A DNA stretch of 32,466 bases from Chloroflexota bacterium (GTDB taxonomy: Bacteria > Chloroflexota > Anaerolineae > Promineifilales > Promineifilaceae): NCBI GenBank assembly GCA_018004935.1, contig JAGNBF010000014.1, forward strand, positions 1 to 32,466. Reading direction: 5' to 3'. Of this stretch, positions 15,147-24,936 are shown piece by piece (position 1 is the stretch's first letter; each line of letters opens with the position of its first letter). Both the position numbers and the translations under genes were made by a program. Under the pieces are notes generated by a model. That model ran no database searches. It was not told the origin of the DNA and worked only from the letters and a program-made list of their open reading frames with translations.

Positions 15147-16880
15147 TTATTCTTCCAGTTGGGCACGCAGGCTCAGGATGTGGCTTTCTAATTCGGTTAG
15201 TTGTTTTTCTTGCTCTGTGAGGCGGTCTTTTTCAGCGCGGACGAAACGGGAGAAGGGGGCAATACTGTTATCAATACGTTGAAAGGCCCGGCGCATTTCT
15301 CGGTTGAACTGTTCAGTAAGGCTGTTTATTAATTGGCGGCGCAGGTCGGCCAATTTTTGTTCCAGTTCTTGTTTGGCTTTGCGACGGCGCATAGGGAGGA
15401 TGAGAAGGCCCAGGGTCGCGGCCGCGAGGCCAGCCACAATACCCGTTACATCTACCCATACCACCTGTACCGCCAGAGCAATGGCTACCCCTACACCAAC
15501 CCCTACCCCGGCCAGGCCAGCTTCCACAACGGCCATACGGGCACTCTCCGCCAACCGCACAGCTTCCCCTTCATTGTCGTAATTTTCAATGGCGGTTTGT
15601 ACTGTCTTGCCGATGGAATCTACCAGTCGTTGCCGATCATAAGCCAACGTGCCTTCACGGGGGCCACCCTGGCCGATAATACGATCCTCATGATGTTGCC
15701 GCCGCTGGGCCAGATGCTCTGCCACCGCCGACCACTGGCGTAAATCTTGCTCCACCATCCAATCCACCAACTCCCCAACGCGGGTTTCGATCTGTTGTGG
15801 GGTATCCCCGATAACCTGGGCTTCGTAGTGCTCTTTGATTTTGCCTGTCTGAATGAGATCGGTAATGCGCCCCAGACGAATGGTTTCATCAAAGAAACTG
15901 TTGCCTCGTTTTTCGATGCCGTAAATCAGATTCTCTATTTCACTCAGGCGGGCGGTAAATTGCCGTTGCATATCATCCTGATAATAGCGTTGTTGGGTTT
16001 CGATGTCGCCCAGTAAGGTGGTATCTTCGCTTAATCCTTCCAGATCTTTGCGGACGACGTCTAGCTGTTTTTTAACCAATTTTTGTCCCACACCCAGGGG
16101 GTTAAGGAGCTTTAGCCGGAAGCGGCCGCGATCATCCAATGTTTCTTCAATAAAACGTTCTAACGGTTCAAAGCCACTCCCTCCCCACAGACGCGGTTCT
16201 CCCCCTTTCGCTTTTTGGGCCAGTTTCGCCGAAATGGGAAAAATGGCGGCAATCTCACCGATCAACCGTTTGCCAGCCTCACGCACAAACTCCATAACCT
16301 TTTCCACTTCAGTCTGATTATCCAGAATGTCTATTTTGTTGATCAGCAAAACAATCTTTTTCCCCCAATCTCGGATGCGGGCCAGAAATGCCCGTTCGCT
16401 CTCTGTAAACGGCCTATCCGCAGAGGTGAGAAACAGCACCAGATCACTGCGCGGAATAAAATCAGCCGTGAGCATTTCATGCTCCCGCAAAATGGCGTTG
16501 GTTCCCGGCGTGTCTACGATGTTGATGTTTCTCAGCCAGGACACCGGGGCTGTATGGACCCAAATCCCTTTTTCCCGTGGTGTCTGGGTAACGGTTTCTC
16601 CATATTTCAACAGGTGAATATGACTCGTCGTGGGGGTAACGCCCTCGGCCAGCAACCCGGAATGACCTAACAAAGCATTGATGAAGGATGATTTTCCAGA
16701 GTTAAACTCCCCGGCAATGACCAGCAGGAATAACTCATCTAATTGACGTAATGAGTCAGCGAGCGCTGTTCGGTCATCGGTGGCGGCGGAACTGCTGGCC
16801 AGCACATCTCGTAACTGCCCCAGAATATGCCGGGTTTGCTTCAATAACGCTTCTTGAGGTTCGTCTAAAATTGTGTCCAT
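15147..16880 (-). CDS. Bacterial dynamin-like GTPase with a C-terminal transmembrane segment and coiled coil
   Basis: G1 is 'GEFNSGKSSFINALLG', G3 is 'VDTPG', G4 is 'NKID'. 'VGVGVGVAIALAVQVVWVDVTGIVAGLAAATLGLLILP' is hydrophobic. The C-terminus 'EQEKQLTELESHILSLRAQLEE' is coiled coil. Confidence 0.8.
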   Translation of the reverse strand: MDTILDEPQEALLKQTRHILGQLRDVLASSSAATDDRTALADSLRQLDELFLLVIAGEFNSGKSSFINALLGHSGLLAEGVTPTTSHIHLLKYGETVTQTPREKGIWVHTAPVSWLRNINIVDTPGTNAILREHEMLTADFIPRSDLVLFLTSADRPFTESERAFLARIRDWGKKIVLLINKIDILDNQTEVEKVMEFVREAGKRLIGEIAAIFPISAKLAQKAKGGEPRLWGGSGFEPLERFIEETLDDRGRFRLKLLNPLGVGQKLVKKQLDVVRKDLEGLSEDTTLLGDIETQQRYYQDDMQRQFTARLSEIENLIYGIEKRGNSFFDETIRLGRITDLIQTGKIKEHYEAQVIGDTPQQIETRVGELVDWMVEQDLRQWSAVAEHLAQRRQHHEDRIIGQGGPREGTLAYDRQRLVDSIGKTVQTAIENYDNEGEAVRLAESARMAVVEAGLAGVGVGVGVAIALAVQVVWVDVTGIVAGLAAATLGLLILPMRRRKAKQELEQKLADLRRQLINSLTEQFNREMRRAFQRIDNSIAPFSRFVRAEKDRLTEQEKQLTELESHILSLRAQLEE

Positions 16881-17053
16881 AAACTTTTTAACCCATTACG
16901 TAACTACGTAACCGTTCCGTTGTGTCAATTCATCCGCCAGCCCACCGGTCGTTTTACGATCGGGTTATCGTTACAAAGGCCGTTGGCCTGGCTTTTTAGC
17001 CCGCAGGGCTTCGTCGGGGCTTCGACAAGTTCAGGCCTCAAGAGCGTTAGTCG

Positions 17054-17413
17054 TTACCTCATTACCAAATAAACAAGAACCCCAATGCCCATTACCAGAA
17101 CACCCGCTGTGCCCAACAGGTCAAACAGGGTTTTATCTTGGGTGCGATCTTGTCGCCTTTCATCGTAGCGGGCTTTGTCCGTTTCTTCAAGACCCCGGCG
17201 GGTACCGGCTCGCCCCGGCAAAGGTTCGGAAGCTAATACCGCACCTAAGACGGTTGTTAAACTGCCACTGATGAGTAATGCAAAGGCCAGACTAGTTTCA
17301 TCTTGCCAACCGGCCAACCAACAAATAAGCCAGGTTAGAGCGACGACGGCGATCACAATGAAGATAACTCTTTGCACGAACTGGGAAGGTTGCATTTTGG
17401 GGTTAGTGCGCAT
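17054..17413 (-). CDS. Small hypothetical membrane protein (3 predicted TM helices) upstream of the dynamin-like gene
   Basis: 119-aa ORF with hydrophobic segments and a charged middle region. There is no obvious SD. An alternative start M lies at 17395. Confidence 0.35.
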   Translation of the reverse strand: MRTNPKMQPSQFVQRVIFIVIAVVALTWLICWLAGWQDETSLAFALLISGSLTTVLGAVLASEPLPGRAGTRRGLEETDKARYDERRQDRTQDKTLFDLLGTAGVLVMGIGVLVYLVMR

Positions 17414-17817
17414 TTGTTTGTGCCATAGGGGTACACATTTATATAGTTTCCTTTTCCCCTTTAGCTACAAAATCATTGTTGATTAAATAGCCTTGTGTTA
17501 TGATGCACCATCCTTGAAAAAGGGTGTTTTATGGGGATCCATAGACAGCAATCACACTGGTGTGCGTGTTGGAGAAACTGTTTTTCTCGCTGATTGCTGT
17601 TTAACCAGGAAACTCATCCCTGTGCCAGGGTATTGTGCCCTTCTCATACTATTCTCTCCAGGTGAGTGCCTGAAAATAACTTCCCAGTTTTGATCTGACA
17701 GGTTTCCGAAAATCTGTACAGTCTGGGTGAAACTTATTTTGAACCTACTGAAAAAAGGAACGTTCCTTTTTCCGTAAGTTCATTTTTGGGCGATTACGTA
17801 TCTTCTCAATATTTCGG

Positions 17818-17860
17818 GGTAAACGAGGCCTGAGCTTGTCGAAGCCTCGGGTTGCCTTCG
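17818..17860. repeat. Family-D hairpin repeat (16-20-bp stem, 'gagcttgtcgaag...cttcgacaagctc'). Other copies are at 21526-21576 and 28008-28050. A half-copy is at 17008-17040.
   Basis: cctgagcttgtcgaag-cctcgggttgc-cttcgacaagctcagg is a perfect 16-bp stem. The 21526 copy has a 20-bp stem with 1 mismatch. Confidence 0.8.
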
Positions 17861-18483
17861 ACAAGCTCAGGCAACGGCTTACAAGCCCAGGCAACAGGCT
17901 TAGCAGTTACGAGGTATGGTTCAAAAGTCGAGATACGGTGCTTAACAATATGTAGGGCGATTTGGTAAAGGGGGTGTTTCATTTTGGTTGAAAGGAAGAA
18001 AATAAGTTCTTTGGGGTTTCGTGGGGTACGGGCAACCCTTGTGGTTGCCCCACACGGGGTAGGCACAAGGCCAGCCCGTACATCTGCTGTCAACCCCTTA
18101 ATTCTCAGAGACTTATTATTCAACTCATTTGAAACATACCCTGTGCCTAATCGTCCTACATATTTGTAAAGCAGACCTGAACCATGCCGTTACGAAAATA
18201 CGCGATTACTTATAAAGCCAAGTTTACGACCGGGTAACGGTTTGGACAAGCCGCAAGCACTATTTCTCTGGGTGATTTGTTTTTTGTGGACGGGCAAGGG
18301 AAAGCCATGAACGGTGATCTGGCTTAAATTGGTTGTTTCAGGGTCTTTTCAATCAGGAGATGGGTGACTTTGTATTTGCCCACCAGGGCGATTTGAGGGG
18401 CGCGTTTCTTCTGGTTGCGAAGATGCTTGTTTTAGTTTTGTTTGTTGTTGAAAAGAACAGTATTCACGATGGAGGAGGTTTTT

Positions 18484-21093
18484 ATGCAGTTTTTTGCTCG
18501 TTGGGGACGGTTCGCGGCCGCGATCCTTTTTGTTGCCTTTGGTGTCTGGGTTATTTCTATCCTGGCCACCCCTACCCGCACGACAACATCTGTTCAAGAC
18601 AGTGTCGCCGCTTTGGCTCCAGGCCGTTCTGGCGATGGTACTGGTGCTACCGATGAATTAGCCGCTCAAGACATTCAATTAGTTTATGGTGATCCGGTTC
18701 TACCGGCCAAGGTCAACCTGGCCGACGTGCCCAGCCGCGTTGCTGAGGTAGACACCCTATATCAACGTTATCTGAATGGCGACATCCGCGAAGTCAACGA
18801 AGGGCCAGTAGACGAAGCACTCTTCTTTGATCTGTTAGCCGAATCCGCCAAACAGGGGGTTGATCCTACTGTACAGAATTATGATGATAGCCTGGCCCCG
18901 TTGGGCATTTTAGGTGGGGGAGCCAGTTTTAAATCTATTGATTACACCCAATCCCAACAAGGTGTTCCGCCGGATCCAGATATTATGGTTGGGCGGGATC
19001 ATGTTGTGGTGGGAGTCAATACCAGCTTTCAGGTTTTTGATAAAAGCGGCAACAGCCTGTATGGCCCGGTACTGTATGCTGATTTTTGGGGCGCGAATTG
19101 TGGTACAGGCAGTAATGTGGTCATGTTTGACCCCTATTCTGTGTATGATGAAGAAAACAGCCGCTACGTCTTGGGTATTACCGCTTATGATCCTAATGTG
19201 AATGGGGGTGACAACGGTTGGGCCTGTATGGCCGTTTCACAAACGGATAGTGCCACTGGTAGCTGGTATCTCTACTCTTTTGATGGTAATCCTGGCACAG
19301 GAACCGATTATTTCTTTGACTACCCCCATATCGGGGTGGGGCAGGATGCGTTGTATATGGGGGCCAATATGTTCGGGGCGGCCTTTACCCGTAACCATGT
19401 CCTGGCCTTTCAAAAAGATGCTATGTATGCTGGCACTTCTGCCAGTTATGTGAAATTAAATGTTGCCTCCACTTACTTCACCTTACAACCGGCCAAACTG
19501 AAAGGGTTTGCCAGTGGTGGCTGGCCGACGAGTACCACGGAAGCGCATTATTTTGTGGATGCTAATTATGGCAATAACCAGACCGCGCTTCATGTATGGC
19601 GGTTCAGTAACCCTTGGGGCGCGGCCGCGATGACGTTGGCTGGTACCTTAACTGTGAACAGTTACAGCCTGCCGGTGAGCCAGCCGCAACTGGGTGGCAG
19701 TAATATTCAAGGCAATGACAACCGTCTGCTGGATGTGGAATATTGGGGCGGGTATCTGTGGGCCACGCATGCCGTAGGTTGTAATCCTGGCAGTGGTACC
19801 GTGAACTGTATTCGCTGGTATCAGATTGATGTTCGCGGGGCGACACCGACGCTGGTCCAACAAGGAACATTTAGCAGTGCCAGTAATTATCGTAGTTTCC
19901 CCGACCTGGCGGTGAACCGTTGTGGCGATATGTTGGTAGGTTATACCCGCACCAGCACCACAATGTATCCTGGTGTGTATGTGGCTGGGCGTGAAGCCGC
20001 CGATGCCGCCGGTACGCTGAAGAGTGAGACATTGGTAAAAGCCGGTGAGGATTTCTATACGGCGTATGATAGTGTGCCCCGCCGTTGGGGTGATTATACG
20101 GGAATGGCCCTGGACCCGGATGGTGTGACGTTCTGGTATGTGGGCGAGTATTCGCGGCCGCAGACTACCGCCCGTTGGTCTACCTGGGTTGGTTCCTTCA
20201 CCTGGTCTGGTTGTACTGTCGGTGGCCCCACCCCCACCCCCGTCGGGCCTACACCTACCAATACACCCATTGTCCCCACAGCTACTCCCACCAATACCCC
20301 CGTTCCCCCAACCGCTACACCCACCCCGACCGGTGGTAGCCAGATTTACGCTGGTTCCACTACCAGTGGTGCGGCTGGCGGCGTCGCCTTTGATAATGAC
20401 GACATCCTCATTTACAACACCAGTTCAGCCACCTGGAGCCTCTACTTTGATGGTTCAGATGTGGGCCTGGGCAGTGCCGATGTGGATGCATTTGAATTAA
20501 TGAGCGATGGCACTGTACTGATCAGCCTGGCGGCTTCCTTCTCCGTAACCGGTTTGGGTACAGTGGCCGATGCCGACATCGTGCGCTTTACGCCCACTTC
20601 CACGGGCAGTACCACCGCCGGAACTTTCTCCTGGTACTTTGATGGCTCAGATGTGGGGTTGACAACGACCAACGAAGACATTGACGCGGTGGAAATTCTG
20701 AGTGATGGCCGTATACTCGTTAGCACATTAGGCAACGTCAGTGTGACCGGCGCCTCTGGGGATGACAAAGACTTACTCGCCTTCACCCCCACGGCATTGG
20801 GAGCAACCACCAGCGGTACCTGGGCCTTATACTTTGATGCCTCAGATGTGGGTCTCACAGCGGCAAATGAGGATGTCAATGGTGTCTGGGTTGATAGTAA
20901 CGGAAACATTTACCTGACGACCATTGGTGCTTTTACCGTAACTGGGGCCAGTGGAGATGGCGCGGATATTTTCCGTTGTGTGCCAGGTTCTCTAGGTAGC
21001 ACCACCACTTGTACCTTTAGCCTCTACTGGGATGGTTCGGTGAATGGGTTTGCAGGTGAAGTCCTGGATTCGTTCGCCCTCGTACAACCGTAG
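18484..21093 (+). CDS. Large secreted or membrane-anchored protein. It has an N-terminal signal anchor, a ~480-aa beta-rich domain, a Pro/Thr linker and 3.5 C-terminal ~66-aa tandem repeats.
   Basis: The strong RBS GGAGGAGG lies 7 nt upstream of the ATG at 18484. The signal anchor is 'FAAAILFVAFGVWVISILA'. The linker is 'GGPTPTPVGPTPTNTPIVPTATPTNTPVPPTATPTPTGG'. The repeats carry 'GT(F/W)SLYFDGSDVGL...EDVDAVE..SDG.IL'. The track ORF begins at 18442. Confidence 0.7.
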   Translation: MQFFARWGRFAAAILFVAFGVWVISILATPTRTTTSVQDSVAALAPGRSGDGTGATDELAAQDIQLVYGDPVLPAKVNLADVPSRVAEVDTLYQRYLNGDIREVNEGPVDEALFFDLLAESAKQGVDPTVQNYDDSLAPLGILGGGASFKSIDYTQSQQGVPPDPDIMVGRDHVVVGVNTSFQVFDKSGNSLYGPVLYADFWGANCGTGSNVVMFDPYSVYDEENSRYVLGITAYDPNVNGGDNGWACMAVSQTDSATGSWYLYSFDGNPGTGTDYFFDYPHIGVGQDALYMGANMFGAAFTRNHVLAFQKDAMYAGTSASYVKLNVASTYFTLQPAKLKGFASGGWPTSTTEAHYFVDANYGNNQTALHVWRFSNPWGAAAMTLAGTLTVNSYSLPVSQPQLGGSNIQGNDNRLLDVEYWGGYLWATHAVGCNPGSGTVNCIRWYQIDVRGATPTLVQQGTFSSASNYRSFPDLAVNRCGDMLVGYTRTSTTMYPGVYVAGREAADAAGTLKSETLVKAGEDFYTAYDSVPRRWGDYTGMALDPDGVTFWYVGEYSRPQTTARWSTWVGSFTWSGCTVGGPTPTPVGPTPTNTPIVPTATPTNTPVPPTATPTPTGGSQIYAGSTTSGAAGGVAFDNDDILIYNTSSATWSLYFDGSDVGLGSADVDAFELMSDGTVLISLAASFSVTGLGTVADADIVRFTPTSTGSTTAGTFSWYFDGSDVGLTTTNEDIDAVEILSDGRILVSTLGNVSVTGASGDDKDLLAFTPTALGATTSGTWALYFDASDVGLTAANEDVNGVWVDSNGNIYLTTIGAFTVTGASGDGADIFRCVPGSLGSTTTCTFSLYWDGSVNGFAGEVLDSFALVQP

Positions 21094-21130
21094 TTTTGAG
21101 TTGGTTGGTTTGATAGGGAAAGGGGCAAGG

Positions 21131-21163
21131 ACAAAATCCTTGCCCCTTTTTTGTTGGCAAGAG
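21131..21163 (+). terminator. Rho-independent terminator after the large secreted-protein gene
   Basis: aggggcaagga-caaaa-tccttgcccct-tttttt forms an 11-bp perfect stem. Confidence 0.75.
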
Positions 21164-21826
21164 GTATTCATCGCAAAATATAGCGCCTAAGAAAAAGATG
21201 TTGGGTTCTTTTGGAATTGGCGGTGGGTGGCACGGTCAGGAGATCCGCCACAGCAAAGGAAGACCAGCGACAGCAGGGGGGAAATTCAATCACGCTCAGA
21301 TAAGTTCCCGGCCCGCAGGGGCGGGGTTAGGGCGGGGGTTACTGGGGCCAATTGCCCCTGAGACTTGTCATAAAACGCTAATGACTACTTTCGTAATAGT
21401 GTCCTAGATTTCTGGATTCAGCACACTTTTCTTATGCTATAATGCCCAGCGAGGGGAATTCACGGCCTTTACATTGGTTTACCTCTGGTAAATTGTTATT
21501 ATTTTTCGTAACTATACACGTCCTCGAGGGCTGAGCTTGTCGAAGGTGGAGCCGGGCTTCGACAAACTCAGCCCTCGCTATACCCCACCTGTATAGATAC
21601 TATTTTTCAATCATAACGGTAAAGCCAGCGGTTCTTGGGAATTCAGGGGGTTGTCCGTACCCCTCGAAACCCCCAAGCGACTTACGCGATTGCTGGAGCG
21701 AGTCTTCTGACTGTGTTTTTGTGGCTGGGTGGGGACACAGCCACAGCCCGTTAAGTTCTATTCTCAATAAATATTCCTGAGCCAGCCGAAGCCTTCTTCC
21801 TGGCCCTCTCTGAAGCGAACCATACG

Positions 21827-23119
21827 ATGCAGGATTGGCGCATTTATCTGGTAAAAAGTACACGAACGGCCTTGCTTATCGCGGCCGCGATGATTGCCTT
21901 ATTGGCGATGGCCGGTTTCATTGCTGATGCCCTTGAATTGTTTCCCGTACCCCTCACCAGACCTGCGCTCCTCAGTGCTGGAGTAGGCTTTTTTACCCTG
22001 GGAACATCCTGGGTATTAATGCAACGCGCCGAAGCCAGTGGTTCAACGCGCCGCCTCACCTTTATCACCTTTGGCTTGTTAGCCCTTACGGTTATGTTGG
22101 CAACCATTCTTTTTGGCGGCATTGCCTCCGTATTACCCTATGCCTATACACCGATTATCCTGGCCGTAGCCATTCTGTTGGGGATGCGCCCCGCCTTGCA
22201 AATGGCCACAATATGCCTGATGCTCCATGGTATCACCACTGTAATGGAGATTTATCAGCTTTTTGAGCCAGTGCACATTTGGGGGGTCAGCATCCCTTTG
22301 TCTACCTATCCGGGGGTCGGTTACACAGTTCTGGCGATTGCCGCCATTATTTTTTACATGGTTGCCTGGGTAGCCGGAGCACTCTCTGACCTGCTCGCCG
22401 AGCAGAATCGGTCATTGGGGGCAGGGCAAGAATTGATGCGGCAGGAAATAATGAAAACACAATTCCTGAGCACTGTGGCTCATGAGTTGCGCACCCCCCT
22501 GACCTCGGCGCGGGGTTATTTGCACCTGGTTAATGCTGGCATGATCCCCCCAGAGAGAATGAAGGAGATTCTGTCCCGGATTCAGGAAAATGTGGAAACG
22601 ATTACCGGGCACGTCAATGACCTGATGTTTTTGCAGGAAGTAGAACTCGTTATTGAACGAAGCGAGCAAATTGATCTGGTGGAGTTAGCTCAGGATGTGT
22701 TAAATAGCTATAAACCCCGTAGTTTGAATACCGGTATCACCCTACAACTGGAAGCGAATAACCATGTGCCGGTCATCAAAGGGGATCAGAATGCGTTGGT
22801 ACGAGCAGTTACGGCCCTGGTAGATAATGCCGTGAAATACAGCCCCAACGGTGGGGATGTATTTATCCGGGTGGGGTCGGAAAACGGTCATGTGCATATG
22901 AGTATTGAAGATCATGGGATTGGAATTGAGACGAAAGATTTGCCCCATATTTTTGAACGGTTTTACCATGTTGATAAATCAACAGAACATATTTTTGGAG
23001 GCATGGGGGTGGGGTTGCCCATTGCCCAGCGGTTGATACGTGCACATGGGGGAGATATTGGCGTGTCGTCCCGCTCCGGGGAGGGGAGCACGTTTACGAT
23101 TTGGTTGCCGGTGAAGTGA
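21827..23119 (+). CDS. Sensor histidine kinase (6-TM N-terminal domain, HisKA, HATPase_c) with no adjacent response regulator
   Basis: The H-box is 'FLSTVAHELRTPLTSARGYL'. The N-box is 'LVDNAVKYS'. The G-boxes are 'DHGIGIE' and 'GGMGVGL'. Confidence 0.85.
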   Translation: MQDWRIYLVKSTRTALLIAAAMIALLAMAGFIADALELFPVPLTRPALLSAGVGFFTLGTSWVLMQRAEASGSTRRLTFITFGLLALTVMLATILFGGIASVLPYAYTPIILAVAILLGMRPALQMATICLMLHGITTVMEIYQLFEPVHIWGVSIPLSTYPGVGYTVLAIAAIIFYMVAWVAGALSDLLAEQNRSLGAGQELMRQEIMKTQFLSTVAHELRTPLTSARGYLHLVNAGMIPPERMKEILSRIQENVETITGHVNDLMFLQEVELVIERSEQIDLVELAQDVLNSYKPRSLNTGITLQLEANNHVPVIKGDQNALVRAVTALVDNAVKYSPNGGDVFIRVGSENGHVHMSIEDHGIGIETKDLPHIFERFYHVDKSTEHIFGGMGVGLPIAQRLIRAHGGDIGVSSRSGEGSTFTIWLPVK

Positions 23120-23152
23120 GAAATGGTTGTGAGTTCTGTTTTAGAGGAGACA

Positions 23153-24133
23153 ATGAATAACGAAATGAATCCCCTGATGCCTTTTATTGTGCGTCAGGGG
23201 TTTTTGCTTTTGGATGGGGGACTGGCGACGGAGTTGGAGCGGCGCGGACATGATCTGAACGATCCGCTCTGGTCGGCGCGGCTGTTGGCCGATATGCCCC
23301 ACGCGATTGCCCAGTTGCATGAGGATTATCTGCAAGCCGGAGCAGATTGTCTGATTACGGCCAGTTATCAGGGCACGATTGCCGGATTCAGGCGGCGGGG
23401 GTTTAGTCAGAAGGAGGCGCTGGCCCTTTTGCGTCGGGCTGTAGAACTGGCTGTAACAACGCGAGACCGATTTTGGTCCCGTGCCGAGAACCAAAGGGGG
23501 CGGTTGCGGCCGCTTGTGGCCGCCAGTATTGGCCCATATGGGGCCTACCTGGCCAATGGTGCCGAATATACCGGGGATTATGATGTAGACGAAGCTGGAT
23601 TGGTGGCCTTTCACCAGGAGCGATGGTCTGTTCTGGCCCAGAGTGGGGCGGATCTGATGGCCTGTGAGACGATCCCCTCGGCGGTAGAAGCGCGAGCGTT
23701 GGCGCAGGTTATACCAACCACACCCACTATGCCGGTGTGGGTTAGTTTTAGTTGCCGGGATGGGGAGCATATTTGTGATGGAACATTATTGACGGAAGCG
23801 GTGCGGCCGCTACTTCTTTTGCCCCAGGTTGTTGCCCTCGGTGTGAACTGTACGGCCCCTTCAGCCATTCCCAGCCTGATTGCTCACCTGAAGGCGGTAA
23901 CGACTAAACCTATTGTGGTCTACCCTAATTCTGGAGAAACGTATGATGCGGCAAATCGGTGCTGGTTGGGGGTGACAAAGGCAGATGCGTTCGCGGCCGC
24001 GAGCCTGACCTGGTATCAAACAGGGGCACAGCTTATTGGCGGTTGTTGCCGTACTGGGCCAGAACATATTCAGGAGATGCGGGCAAAACTGAGTAAGGGA
24101 AAAGTAGCCTTTCCATCTGCTGAGAATAGGTGA
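23153..24133 (+). CDS. mmuM: Homocysteine S-methyltransferase (MmuM/BHMT family)
   Basis: 'LLLDGGLATELERRGHDLNDPLWSA', 'GADCLITASYQ' and a C-terminal 'GGCCRTGPEHI' zinc-binding motif. GAGGAG lies upstream of the ATG at 23153. Confidence 0.8.
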   Translation: MNNEMNPLMPFIVRQGFLLLDGGLATELERRGHDLNDPLWSARLLADMPHAIAQLHEDYLQAGADCLITASYQGTIAGFRRRGFSQKEALALLRRAVELAVTTRDRFWSRAENQRGRLRPLVAASIGPYGAYLANGAEYTGDYDVDEAGLVAFHQERWSVLAQSGADLMACETIPSAVEARALAQVIPTTPTMPVWVSFSCRDGEHICDGTLLTEAVRPLLLLPQVVALGVNCTAPSAIPSLIAHLKAVTTKPIVVYPNSGETYDAANRCWLGVTKADAFAAASLTWYQTGAQLIGGCCRTGPEHIQEMRAKLSKGKVAFPSAENR

Positions 24134-24190
24134 TTGACAGGCGGGAATATCAATGTTAATATATAAATAGTTATATATAAATGGTGCTCT

Positions 24191-24739
24191 ATGCTCAAAT
24201 ATGTTCTTCTCGGTTTTCTCAACTACGGCCCCCAAACAGGTTATGAACTGAAGCAAGTGATGGATCAATCCACCGCTTTTTTCTGGCATGCCAAACAGAG
24301 TCAGGTATACACCACGCTCAAGGCTTTAGCTGAAGAAGGGCTGGTGGTTTCACACATTGAGCCGCAAGATGACAGGCCGGATCGTCGGGTTTATGTCATC
24401 ACGGAGACCGGGCGTGCGGATTTACAGAAGTGGCTGGCGCGGCCGCAGACCGAAATTGATCCTCGAAAAGAAACGCTCCTGCTCAAACTGTTCTTTTCCG
24501 CCCAACTGGGCAAAGAGACCATCCTTACTCATTTGCGCTTGCAACGTCAGCTTCATATCAGCCAACTGCATCTCTACCAAAATGAACTCGCTCCAGACAT
24601 CCAGGCCCAATTTAACGACCCGCTAATTGGCCGTGATGCCCGCCTCTGGGACGCCACACGGCGAATGGGAGAAATTTTTGAGGAGATGACCATCTCCTGG
24701 CTGAATGAAACCATTGCTATGATAGAACGAGAGTTTTAG
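24191..24739 (+). CDS. PadR-family transcriptional regulator
   Basis: 'MLKYVLLGFLNYGPQTGYELKQVM...SQVYTTLKALAEEGLV' is a PadR winged HTH. Confidence 0.8.
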   Translation: MLKYVLLGFLNYGPQTGYELKQVMDQSTAFFWHAKQSQVYTTLKALAEEGLVVSHIEPQDDRPDRRVYVITETGRADLQKWLARPQTEIDPRKETLLLKLFFSAQLGKETILTHLRLQRQLHISQLHLYQNELAPDIQAQFNDPLIGRDARLWDATRRMGEIFEEMTISWLNETIAMIEREF

Positions 24740-24936
24740 ATCAGAGCAAGAAAAAGGTAAGCGTTCAGTCATATAAATTTATCCGCCAGACCCGCCCGGA
24801 CGTAAAACGACCGGGCTACGGTTACAAAGGCCGCTGGCCTGGGGTTTTAGCCCGCATGGCTTTATATGTTTAGCCCGGCGGTTTGACCGCCGGGTAGGAT
24901 AACTGAACGCTTACAGAAAAAGAAAAGGAATACACC

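Noticed and set aside
15304-16670. Plus-strand ORFs inside the dynamin-like gene (e.g. 15333-15743, 16215-16670)
   Set aside because: They are antisense to an ORF with intact G1/G3/G4 GTPase motifs.
21198-21863. ORFs 21198-21407(+) and 21600-21863(-)
   Set aside because: They overlap family-A, D and B repeat fragments and the histidine-kinase start. There are no RBS. They are likely non-coding.
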